Assembly: GCA_026396455.1 (NCBI GenBank)
Contig: JAPLWT010000037.1
Span: 1-33,820, forward strand
Source of the DNA: Candidatus Micrarchaeota archaeon
GTDB lineage: Archaea > Micrarchaeota > Micrarchaeia > Burarchaeales > Fermentimicrarchaeaceae
Direction of reading: 5' to 3'
DNA length: 33,820 bases
The notes under the pieces were generated by a model. That model saw nothing but the letters and a program-made list of their open reading frames with translations. It had not been told where the DNA came from and ran no database searches. The number at the start of each line of letters is the position of its first letter. Positions within the stretch are counted from its first letter, which is position 1. Positions 16,580 to 24,629 of the stretch are shown here, one piece after another. The translations under genes and the position numbers were made by a program.

Positions 16580-17526
16580 CTTCTCTTCCTCTCACTCCAA
16601 ACTGCTATAACGAGCATTGCCATCAGGATGGAGAATGGCATGCACCCCTTGGCAAGTGACAGTATCATCTGGGATGTGTTATCAGTGCTGGAAGGGGGCG
16701 GCTGGGAGTTCACTGGAGGTTGGATAACAGGAGTCTCATTAGTTTCATTATTCTCGGTGATATTATTGTCGCTGGGCAAGTGAGTGTTGTTCGTGTTATT
16801 CTGCGGAGGAGGTGGTGGAGCACATAATTCCGGGGCATAAGATGAGCCAGCTTCACGAATCTTGACTATTGCATCTGTCGTAAGATTGTAAGCATCATGT
16901 ATGTTGCAGATGGTGAGATCGTTGCTTGCGTTGAGAAGTTCAGAAGAGACATCCTGAAGTTCAGCCAACACGGAGGCATTGGCGTTAGGGCAATTGGTGT
17001 ATTCCTGAAAGACTGGGCCGTATTCCTTCATCGCGGTATCTATATTATTCATCACATTGTCCTCATAAAGGCTGGTGTAGTGGTTCACGGTAACGCTAAG
17101 TTCTTTTTCATATAATGCTCTTCCTTCGCAAAATGGTCCCCCGCAGTATGATTCCGTGCCAAGAGTGCCGGAAAGCTTGAAAGGGATCTGGTCGCTTCCA
17201 TTCTTCCCACCTGTCGGAGTATAGATAGTTAGCGTACAGGAGTTACTAAGACGAGGCATCACATCGCATATCTTGCCTCCGTCTTCGTATTCACCTGACG
17301 ATAAGTTGTAATACGTGTAAGTGACTTTAAGCGTAGCGTTTGGTGAGGGATTTACAACTAAAACATCAACGTGGTAGGATGTTTGAATTCCATCCGTCTT
17401 ACAGTTAGGACCAGAAAGAGGTTTATTGTCTACTAGTATCGCATTTAATTCGTAGAATTCAGTAGCACTTACTAGGCCAACAATCAGTAAAAAAGCAAAA
17501 ATACAAATTTTCAATTTTACAACCAT
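16576..17526 (-). CDS. Secreted/surface glycoprotein with Pro/Asn-rich linker and C-terminal Cys-TM anchor
   Basis: Signal peptide (..GLVSA|TE), Cys pairs, PPPPPQNNTNNT linker, C-terminus KGCMPFSILMAMLVIAVWSERKRS. Confidence 0.75.
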   Translation of the reverse strand: MVVKLKICIFAFLLIVGLVSATEFYELNAILVDNKPLSGPNCKTDGIQTSYHVDVLVVNPSPNATLKVTYTYYNLSSGEYEDGGKICDVMPRLSNSCTLTIYTPTGGKNGSDQIPFKLSGTLGTESYCGGPFCEGRALYEKELSVTVNHYTSLYEDNVMNNIDTAMKEYGPVFQEYTNCPNANASVLAELQDVSSELLNASNDLTICNIHDAYNLTTDAIVKIREAGSSYAPELCAPPPPPQNNTNNTHLPSDNNITENNETNETPVIQPPVNSQPPPSSTDNTSQMILSLAKGCMPFSILMAMLVIAVWSERKRS

Positions 17527-17570
17527 CTTAACCCCTCTTTTTTGATTAATATGTAACCTGCTCATTTATG

Positions 17571-18524
17571 TTATCTAGATTGATTTATCGGTATTTGAAT
17601 GAACGGTAAAGCCCCTCCAGTTGCGAGAGGTAAAACTCCATTCCATTTCTGTATAGCTAGAAACTGCGCGTATTCAGGGCTTTGTTTCAGTTGTTCATTT
17701 ATTATCCTTATTGTTTCTGCATTTCCTTGTGCTTGGATTATGGTTGAATTGGCTATACCTTGTGCTTCCATTATCTTTCTTTGTGCTTCTTTTTGTGCGA
17801 GTTCTACTTCATATTGCTTCTGAAGTGTTGCCTGTTCCATTGATTGTTTATCCTGAATTGCTCTGGTTATTTGGTCCGGCATAACTACATCCCTAATAAG
17901 AACCTGTTCCAAGATGAATCCGTCAGAATCTAATTTCGATTGCATTTTATCGAATATTCCCTGCTCAAGTTTTGTTCTGCCTTCTCCATAAAGTTCCGTT
18001 ATAGCCATACCTCCAGTTATGTCCCTTGCTGAACTTCTTACCGTAGGCATAATTGTCCCGTCTCTGTAATTTGGAGTCAGGGTTTGTATTATTGATGCTG
18101 CCTTGTCTGGCTTTACCTTGTAGAAGATACTTATGTCTATAGTAATCAACAATCCTTCCTTAGATGGCACTTGGACGGCTAAATCATCACAATCCGGGGC
18201 ATTACAATCTTTTCCGAATGCTGTTCCGTACATATTGACTGTATCTCTTGCAGTCTGTACATGATAGATTGTTTGTAATATGGGGATTTTGAGGTTCCAT
18301 CCAGGTTGCATAGTATGAGCCATATCCACTCCTCCGAATGCATTGTATATTACCCCGACATAACCTGGTTCGATTATTTCGATTGGTATCAAAGCCCTAA
18401 ACCAAAAGAGTAAGATGAAGAGTGTTATCAGGAGGAATATAACTAAATTAAAGTGTTTGCTTCTGAAGATGTAATTTAGCAGGCTCATCCGCTCTATTTC
18501 CGTGTTGTCATCTTTTTTTACCAT
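17571..18524 (-). CDS. SPFH/Band 7 (prohibitin-like) membrane protein
   Basis: N-terminal TM, IEPGYVGV, SKEGL.I.ID, EA/AQ coiled coil, IQKWNGVLP. Confidence 0.92.
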   Translation of the reverse strand: MVKKDDNTEIERMSLLNYIFRSKHFNLVIFLLITLFILLFWFRALIPIEIIEPGYVGVIYNAFGGVDMAHTMQPGWNLKIPILQTIYHVQTARDTVNMYGTAFGKDCNAPDCDDLAVQVPSKEGLLITIDISIFYKVKPDKAASIIQTLTPNYRDGTIMPTVRSSARDITGGMAITELYGEGRTKLEQGIFDKMQSKLDSDGFILEQVLIRDVVMPDQITRAIQDKQSMEQATLQKQYEVELAQKEAQRKIMEAQGIANSTIIQAQGNAETIRIINEQLKQSPEYAQFLAIQKWNGVLPLATGGALPFIQIPINQSR

Positions 18525-18529
18525 TCAAA

Positions 18530-18808
18530 TCACCTCTTTTTTGATTTATTGCCTCTGGTGTTAAACTCTATTTGCAGAAGGTATTGCATAAGATTCAACG
18601 TTGAGAGCCCTATCACGAACATGATAAGCAAAATTCCGAGTTTTATGGCCCATAGTAAGTCATTCGTGTATATCATCAGTACTAAAAGCAGCAGCATGAA
18701 GAGCGATATGAGTATGTCGAAAAGTTCGATTATGTAGAGCCAACTGCGGAGAGTCTCCTCGTCAGCTGGAAGAATCCATTTCAGAACAAACTCCTTCACT
18801 CCACCCAT
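18530..18808 (-). CDS. Small 2-TM membrane protein co-oriented with the SPFH gene
   Basis: Two hydrophobic helices, C-terminal LLQIEFNTR; its end carries the GAGGTGA SD of the SPFH gene. Confidence 0.75.
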   Translation of the reverse strand: MGGVKEFVLKWILPADEETLRSWLYIIELFDILISLFMLLLLVLMIYTNDLLWAIKLGILLIMFVIGLSTLNLMQYLLQIEFNTRGNKSKKR

Positions 18809-18856
18809 GAACTCAACTTTCCATATAGCTATAGGGGGTCCTGTTTTTATTTTTAT

Positions 18857-19090
18857 GGGCCCTCAAAGCCAGCCTTCGGGAATCACAGTTTTGCCTAGGG
18901 ATATCCCAAAACAGCCATGCGGAGGCTTTTCGTATATCTCCCGGCTGGCCGAGGGCCCTCCACCGGAGGTGGTAGCTGTTGGTCTTCGAAATACTCCCCG
19001 CAAAAGGGGAGATTCGAACGTCAGATTCTGTCGAATATGTCTTCCTCACGTAGGGGTTTCCTCCTTTCAAACCCCTTCACTCTGGGGTTC
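18857..19090 (-). ncRNA. Candidate structured RNA (multi-hairpin), unassigned
   Basis: Long stem GGGCCCTC/GAGGGCCC + GCCAGCC/GGCTGGC + GGGA/TCCC (18857-18958); hairpins 18960-18972, 18985-19018, 19052-19076; G-U wobbles favour the minus strand. Confidence 0.5.
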
Positions 19091-19191
19091 ACTCTAAGCA
19101 TGACCTGCGTGGTCATCATGTTGTGCTCCCACAACCTTCTCATCCGCCTTTCTCCGTAAACCATACCACCATCCCACCCATTCTCATGCAT
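19021..19191 (-). CDS. Small hypothetical protein (56 aa) MHENGWDGG...DIFDRI
   Basis: GAGGTGA SD about 11 nt upstream of the ATG at 19191; no recognisable family. Confidence 0.4.
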   Translation of the reverse strand: MHENGWDGGMVYGERRMRRLWEHNMMTTQVMLRVNPRVKGFERRKPLREEDIFDRI

Positions 19192-19380
19192 TTTCCAGTC
19201 TCTCACCTCATGGTTTTTTAACACAGGAACAGCAGCCAGCAAGAAAGCATGGATCAGTTAAAAACAGCTGCCGAACCTCAGTACATAAACAGCCTGTAGC
19301 CGAAGCTAAGAGAAACAGACCACGTGGAATACATTACTTCGGCTTCTGACATAAACTTCCGTAGTGTTAATTCAGAGGCT

Positions 19381-19396
19381 GTTTATAAGCTTTTCG
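19381..19396 (-). promoter_or_regulatory. BRE/TATA promoter driving the leader-SPFH transcript
   Basis: Minus strand CGAAAAG-CTTATAAAC, near-consensus archaeal promoter; implied TSS ~19358. Confidence 0.6.
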
Positions 19397-19586
19397 TAAC
19401 CATCGACATTAGACGAAGGCGTGAGTTCCAGAAGCCTGCACATGAATGCGGTTGAAGAGTTGGAGAGGAGTCAATTTGGGTGCAAAGCCACTTGAACATG
19501 AACAGAAAGCTTTTTAAGGATGAATTGTCTATATTCTGCATCCGTTTTTTAACATATATCGATGACCAAATGGTGAGGTGTTTGAA

Positions 19587-20078
19587 ATGAAGAGTTACGT
19601 GAAATTTGAAACTCCGAAAGAAATTGCTGAGAAAGCCTACGAAGCAGTTCAGATATCAAAAGACACAGGCAGAGTGAGGAAGGGCACAAATGAGGCAACT
19701 AAAATTATAGAGAAGGGAGAGGCTGTTTTGATTGTCATAGCTGAGGATGTTGATCCAGAGGAGGTAGTCATACACCTCCCAATGCTATGCGATGAGAAGG
19801 GCATTCCTTATGTATATGTGCCTTCAAAGAAAGACCTTGGCAAATCCGCCGGCCTTGAGGTGGGTTGTGCTGCTATTGGAATAGAGAAGGCAGGTAATGC
19901 CAGCGAGCTGGTAAATGAGATAGTTTCAAAGCTCAAGAGACCAAAGCAGGAAGCAAAGGAGGAGCAGCCAGCGAAGGTAGAGGAAGAGAAAGCTGAGAAG
20001 CCTAAAAAGGCCAGAAAGCCCAGGAAGAAGGAAGGGGAGGGCGCCGAGGCTGAGAAAGCTGAGGAGAAGAAAGAGTGA
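19587..20078 (+). CDS. rpl7ae: 50S ribosomal protein L7Ae (eL8) with Lys/Glu-rich C-terminal extension
   Basis: [28 protein letters not shown]; GGTGAGGTG SD. Confidence 0.97.
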   Translation: MKSYVKFETPKEIAEKAYEAVQISKDTGRVRKGTNEATKIIEKGEAVLIVIAEDVDPEEVVIHLPMLCDEKGIPYVYVPSKKDLGKSAGLEVGCAAIGIEKAGNASELVNEIVSKLKRPKQEAKEEQPAKVEEEKAEKPKKARKPRKKEGEGAEAEKAEEKKE

Positions 20079-20082
20079 TTAG

Positions 20083-20289
20083 ATGCTTGAGCCAGCAGCT
20101 GCAGAAGTTGTTGAGGTGCTTGGTAAAACAGGGATATACGGGGAAGTTTACCAAGCAATGTGCAAGATACTGGAAGGGAAGGACAAAGGGCGAGTTATAA
20201 GGAGGAATATAAAGGGACCCATAAAGAGGGGTGACGTGATAGTCCTCCTAGAGACCGAGAGAGAGGCAAAGCCAATAAAGGCCAAGTAG
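20083..20289 (+). CDS. rps28e: 30S ribosomal protein S28e
   Basis: GKTG..GE, RNIKGP, LETEREA. Confidence 0.95.
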   Translation: MLEPAAAEVVEVLGKTGIYGEVYQAMCKILEGKDKGRVIRRNIKGPIKRGDVIVLLETEREAKPIKAK

Positions 20290-20302
20290 CCGAGGTAGTG
20301 TT

Positions 20303-20470
20303 ATGAAATGCTCATTTTGTGGCAATGAAATTGAGAGCGGTACAGGCATGATATTTGTGAGGAGAGATGGCAGCATGCTCGACTTCTGCTCACAGAAATG
20401 CAAGAAGGGTATGCTGAAGCTCAAGAGGAATCCAAGGAAGCTGAAATGGACTGCAAAGTATAAGACGTAG
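20303..20470 (+). CDS. rpl24e: 50S ribosomal protein L24e (55 aa)
   Basis: Not in ORF track; [55 protein letters not shown]; conserved position between S28e and ndk. Confidence 0.95.
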   Translation: MKCSFCGNEIESGTGMIFVRRDGSMLDFCSQKCKKGMLKLKRNPRKLKWTAKYKT

Positions 20471-20478
20471 GTGCTCGC

Positions 20479-20898
20479 ATGGAGAGAACCTTTGTTATGC
20501 TGAAGCCGGATGCAGTTGAAAAGCATATAATTGGTGAAGTGATTTCTCGACTTGAGGACAAAGGCTTGAGAGTAGATGCGATTAAGATGACCCGGCTTGA
20601 TGAGAAGATGTGCAGGGAGCACTATGCCCATCATGTTGGAAAGCCCTTCTTTGGGGGACTTGTGAGATTCATGTGCTCAACACCTGTTGTATGCATGGTT
20701 CTCGAAGGGCAGAATGCAGTTGAGGTCGTCAGAAAGCTGGCAGGACCCACGGATTCAAAGAAGGCACCGAAGGGAACTATACGCGGCGACTTTGGAACTG
20801 ATGTTCAGGCAAATGTTATACATGCCTCGGATTCCGCAGAGACTGCTGAGATTGAGATTAAAAGATTTTTCAAACAGAATGAAGTTTTTAATTACTGA
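20479..20898 (+). CDS. ndk: Nucleoside diphosphate kinase
   Basis: ERTFVMLKPD, GTIRGDF, NVIHASDS. Confidence 0.97.
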   Translation: MERTFVMLKPDAVEKHIIGEVISRLEDKGLRVDAIKMTRLDEKMCREHYAHHVGKPFFGGLVRFMCSTPVVCMVLEGQNAVEVVRKLAGPTDSKKAPKGTIRGDFGTDVQANVIHASDSAETAEIEIKRFFKQNEVFNY

Positions 20899-20941
20899 GA
20901 ACTAAACTAGTTCTGAACTTATAAAAGGATGTGCGGTGTGC

Positions 20942-21454
20942 ATGGGAATCTTAAACGATTCTGGGATAGCAGGCTTGATGAGGGCGAACCCTCCACTGCT
21001 TGAGAATCTTGTTGACGAGAAGGTTCAGGTCCAGCCTGCCGGAGTCGACCTGACACTCGCGAAAATTCTGCGGTTCAAGGGAGCTGGGGCTATAGATTTC
21101 AGCAACAGGGAGAGGATTATCCCGGAATGCAAAGAAGTTGCTTTCAAAAATGGATGGGCGAACCTCGGGAAGGGGGCTTATAAGGTGATATACAACGAGA
21201 TTGTTCGCATTCCCAAGGACTGCATAGCTTTGGCATTCCCACGTTCTTCGCTCCTGAGGTGTGGTGCATTCCTCCATTGTGCGGTCTGGGACCCGGGTTA
21301 CGAGGGGAGGAGTGAATCCCTCCTTGTAGTCTCGAACGAACGCGGAATAAAACTGAAGAAGGATGCAAGGCTGGTGCAACTGGTATTCATAAAACTTTCT
21401 GAAAAATCAAGCAGACTATACCGGGGCAAGTACTTCGCTGAGAACACCGTCTAA
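20942..21454 (+). CDS. dut: Archaeal dUTPase (dCTP deaminase/dUTPase family)
   Basis: QPAGVDL, PRSSLLR, WDPGYEG, QLVF, YRGKY; lacks the ITLE catalytic Glu of dCTP deaminases. Confidence 0.85.
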   Translation: MGILNDSGIAGLMRANPPLLENLVDEKVQVQPAGVDLTLAKILRFKGAGAIDFSNRERIIPECKEVAFKNGWANLGKGAYKVIYNEIVRIPKDCIALAFPRSSLLRCGAFLHCAVWDPGYEGRSESLLVVSNERGIKLKKDARLVQLVFIKLSEKSSRLYRGKYFAENTV

Positions 21455-21936
21455 GAGTATTTTACCAATATTGTCCCATTTATGAACTTGGAATCTCCGT
21501 TCTTGAGTTTGTACATTATGTATAGATTACCATCGTAAATATCGCCAGCCGATGCACTTGGTATGGATACTCCATCACGCCCGCTGCAATTTACTTCATT
21601 TCCGCTGTTGCCACCTGATACGTATGCCTTCTCACCCGAGGTTATGAGTACACTGTTGTTAAGAGCTGGCAAAGTTGGGAATGTCGGGTATTTTGTGCAT
21701 ACGAACGAAGTGACATTTATCAGACCTCCGGTATCCTGGGCTAGAACGAAATCAAGTTTTCCATTAGTTTTGAGAATGAGAGAGTTGCAGGAAATGTTCT
21801 CTGGAAGCACGCATTTCGCCTTAAAGGATGGCTCTGGGGAAGTGTTTGGTTTGCTTATGTATAGGTACGCAACGAGAAGTAGCAGCAACACTGAGGCAAG
21901 TCCGAGTTCTCTGACTGTCGCCTGGGCTTTTTTCAT
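21451..21936 (-). CDS. Pilin-like protein with class III signal peptide
   Basis: MKKA|QATVRELGL + hydrophobic helix; C..P..ISC motif. Confidence 0.7.
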   Translation of the reverse strand: MKKAQATVRELGLASVLLLLLVAYLYISKPNTSPEPSFKAKCVLPENISCNSLILKTNGKLDFVLAQDTGGLINVTSFVCTKYPTFPTLPALNNSVLITSGEKAYVSGGNSGNEVNCSGRDGVSIPSASAGDIYDGNLYIMYKLKNGDSKFINGTILVKYS

Positions 21937-21945
21937 AAGATACGC

Positions 21946-22743
21946 CTATGTGCGCTCAATGCTCACTTTTGCGAATTTGGTCAACTGCTCCCCGTTTACG
22001 TAGACTGTTGCATTTACGGTAGCAGCCCCCCAATCAAATCCGCTGATAAGGATAGCATTGGCAGTTCCATTCACAGTTGGTGCAAACTCATCTATTATGC
22101 CGAGATTTGTTTGAAAGTGCACAAGGGTGCCATCTGGCACTGGATTGAATATTTGGTTATAGACAAACACGCTTATTCTCGAAGTGTTACCAGCAACCTT
22201 AATTTCATTAGGCGTTGCGGAAATATTCATGCCCCAAGGAGCCGGCACCAGGTAGAGGATGGTACTTATTACGTTTGTACCATCCATGTTCTGTATGTAT
22301 ATGTTACCACTTGAGAACTGCATATCCGTGGAGTGGAGCACGTAACCGTAGGCAGTTCCATTGGGTAGTACTGCGAATACGGGCGGGGTTACTACTGCAT
22401 TACTGTTTATAACTGGAAAGGAATGGCTGTAGTTTGTCGCTCCTACTGTAAAATTGATATCGACAGTTCTTGAGATGTTGTTTAGTATTATGGTGTAAGG
22501 GGTTATCCCATCCAGAGTCGTGGGGTAGTTCATCTTCCTGAAGTAACCATTGCCCGACCTCGTTGCTAAATTCAGCTCGTATGCAAACCTCTCGCCGATA
22601 CTATCCGCTAGGCGGACTTTTGATGCCTGTATTTCAGCAGAACGATCTTGAGCGAAGCTCAGTACAAAAATTGTGAAAATAAGCATAACGAACATGTATA
22701 TGACCAAGAGCTCATTAGCACTCTGACCCTTTGAGCCAAACAC
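21946..22743 (-). CDS. Pilin-like protein with C-terminal Ig-like (invasin/Big_1) domain
   Basis: GTG start after AGGTGA; SKG|QSANELL; C-terminal NPVPDGTLVHFQTNLG..T.NGTA.A.L..G.ATVNAT. Confidence 0.75.
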   Translation of the reverse strand: MFGSKGQSANELLVIYMFVMLIFTIFVLSFAQDRSAEIQASKVRLADSIGERFAYELNLATRSGNGYFRKMNYPTTLDGITPYTIILNNISRTVDINFTVGATNYSHSFPVINSNAVVTPPVFAVLPNGTAYGYVLHSTDMQFSSGNIYIQNMDGTNVISTILYLVPAPWGMNISATPNEIKVAGNTSRISVFVYNQIFNPVPDGTLVHFQTNLGIIDEFAPTVNGTANAILISGFDWGAATVNATVYVNGEQLTKFAKVSIERT

Positions 22744-22751
22744 ATTCTCAC

Positions 22752-23213
22752 CTAGCTCCTCTCGATATAAACGCAAGTTTTCATGGGGTCAATCTGCGTG
22801 CAATTGTCTTCAGCGTAGATTTTTATGAAATAGGTGCCCGGCTTTGCTACTAGAGTAAGGTTCCCTGCGATTTTTGTTAATGTGACTCCGACCACTTGGG
22901 TAACCCCAGAGCTGGTTCTGAGGTTGATTATTACCTCATGCCCTATGCCATTGGTGGAGTTCCCAACGGTTATATTATCTATATTCGGTGGCATGAACAC
23001 CTGTAGGGTTATTCTAGCTGGGTCTCCCTGCGCACCCACTATATCCGCGTAGTTTGCTATTTTGGTGACGGTCTGCTGTGCCTGCTGCACCCCAAGCTGG
23101 TCAGAGACATTTGTGCTTTGAAGATAGGCGATGAGAAGCAGGGGGAACATTATAGTAACAACAAAAGCAACTGTTACCATCATCTCGGTACTTGCTTGGG
23201 CCTTTACTTTCAT
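22752..23213 (-). CDS. Pilin-like protein with class III signal peptide (QxSxE type)
   Basis: MKVKA|QASTEMMVTVAFV. Confidence 0.8.
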   Translation of the reverse strand: MKVKAQASTEMMVTVAFVVTIMFPLLLIAYLQSTNVSDQLGVQQAQQTVTKIANYADIVGAQGDPARITLQVFMPPNIDNITVGNSTNGIGHEVIINLRTSSGVTQVVGVTLTKIAGNLTLVAKPGTYFIKIYAEDNCTQIDPMKTCVYIERS

Positions 23214-23273
23214 ATGCTAAGTGATATAAAGGGTTGAATATTAAGCTTTTTGCTTTGCGCCTTATTAATGCGC

Positions 23274-24629
23274 TTACGCCATTGCTTTTGGGGGAACTAG
23301 TCTCAAGGCAAGCCTCGCAACATCTCTTGCACTATCCCCAAATATTATTAGGGATGGCTCCCTCCCGACCTCTCCTTTCTGGTACACTGCATCAGGAATG
23401 GAGTGCGTGGTTTTGACCGCAGTTTCTATTCCCCAGGGGATTGTTGAACCCTCCTTCCTTTTAATCCTTTGAGGCTCCTCACTTCTGTCATAGGAGGAGA
23501 TTCTCAATCCAATTTTATTGCAGCCAGCCAGCGTTGCATCGGTCAGTCTTATGTTGATAGCAGCCCTCTTTGAGTTGTTGAATTCCATCATCTTCAGCAC
23601 TGCTCTCGCCAAATGAGAAGAAGCGCCAAATTCTATAATTCCGAGGGATTTGGGAGTTCCCATTGCGTTCCTTATCCTCCCAGCCACTCCGGCTACGTCA
23701 TCAATACCTTTCGCATTAGGCATTGCGCGTACTATGTTCGTACCAACCTCGGGTATTAATGAGGAAAATCCAGGGCAATTCTCAATGCTCATCAAAGCTG
23801 CCTTGACATCATAGATTACCGCAAATCTTTCGGCATTCATTCGGAGGCATGCGGTCGGGTCAACCGCCTCCACCCCCCGGCCAATTTTCATGCTGTTTCG
23901 TATTGCATCATCTATGAAGCACTCAGCTTCCTTGCATGAATCTTCTATTTGGAGCCCTTTTGCGAGGCAGGCTGCAATGGCGGATGAGAAACAGCATCCA
24001 CCCCCGTGTGTACGGGTTGAAACCATCTCTTTGCTGAAAATTTTGAAGTTTTCATGGAGCAGTACGTCAGCTATTCTGTTTCCCTGCCTTATCCCTTTCA
24101 CAAGCACTGCCTCTGGCCCCTTCTTTTTTATGAGCGAAGCAGCCTTTTTCGCGTCATCGATACTCCTTATCTCCAGACCCGTAAGATTCTCTGCCTCCGC
24201 TCTGTTCGGAGTTACTATCTTTGAGAGCCTTACCAACTTCTCGATTCCACCTATGCTTTCCCTGTTGACAAGCCAGCTTCCATCCGACTGAGCAGTCATA
24301 ACCGGATCCAGCACTATGTTAGCGCCATGCCATCTCCTGAGCCCATCAGAAACTGCGCGTATTATGCTTTCGGTTCCTAGCATGCCTACTTTGACAGCAC
24401 TTATTTTCATATCTGAAAATATTGAATCAATCTGCTGCGAGACTACGTTGGCGGGTAGATAGAAGACATCCTGCACTCCGCGAGTGTTCTGGGATGCTAT
24501 TGCCGTGACAACAACCGTTGAATGCACTCCGAAGGACGCGAATGTCTTGATGTCGGCCTCCACCCCCGCAGCACCGGTTGTTGATGAGCCGCCTATCGCC
24601 AAGGCGTTTATGGAACCCGCACGGGTCAC
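23274..24629 (-). CDS. thiDN: Bifunctional HMP/HMP-P kinase-thiamine-phosphate synthase (ThiD-ThiN fusion)
   Basis: QNTRGV, KVGML, LDPVM, TPN..EA, HGGGC; ThiN domain LIPEVGTNI, GRI, FGASSHLAR, G..G.EP. Confidence 0.92.
   Translation of the reverse strand: MTRAGSINALAIGGSSTTGAAGVEADIKTFASFGVHSTVVVTAIASQNTRGVQDVFYLPANVVSQQIDSIFSDMKISAVKVGMLGTESIIRAVSDGLRRWHGANIVLDPVMTAQSDGSWLVNRESIGGIEKLVRLSKIVTPNRAEAENLTGLEIRSIDDAKKAASLIKKKGPEAVLVKGIRQGNRIADVLLHENFKIFSKEMVSTRTHGGGCCFSSAIAACLAKGLQIEDSCKEAECFIDDAIRNSMKIGRGVEAVDPTACLRMNAERFAVIYDVKAALMSIENCPGFSSLIPEVGTNIVRAMPNAKGIDDVAGVAGRIRNAMGTPKSLGIIEFGASSHLARAVLKMMEFNNSKRAAINIRLTDATLAGCNKIGLRISSYDRSEEPQRIKRKEGSTIPWGIETAVKTTHSIPDAVYQKGEVGREPSLIIFGDSARDVARLALRLVPPKAMA

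Noticed and set aside
18857-19100. RNase P RNA, SRP RNA, HDV-like ribozyme or SECIS
   Set aside because: GAGGAAACCCC has no matching 3' P4 strand. There is no SRP helix-8 motif. GCC-TCCGCAT-GGC resembles HDV P3/L3 but lacks workable P1/P2. The GAA bulge is on the wrong side for an archaeal SECIS.
18807-19159. ORFs 18807-19097(+), 18813-19070(-) and 18917-19159(+)
   Set aside because: No recognisable domain; they overlap each other and the hairpin cluster.
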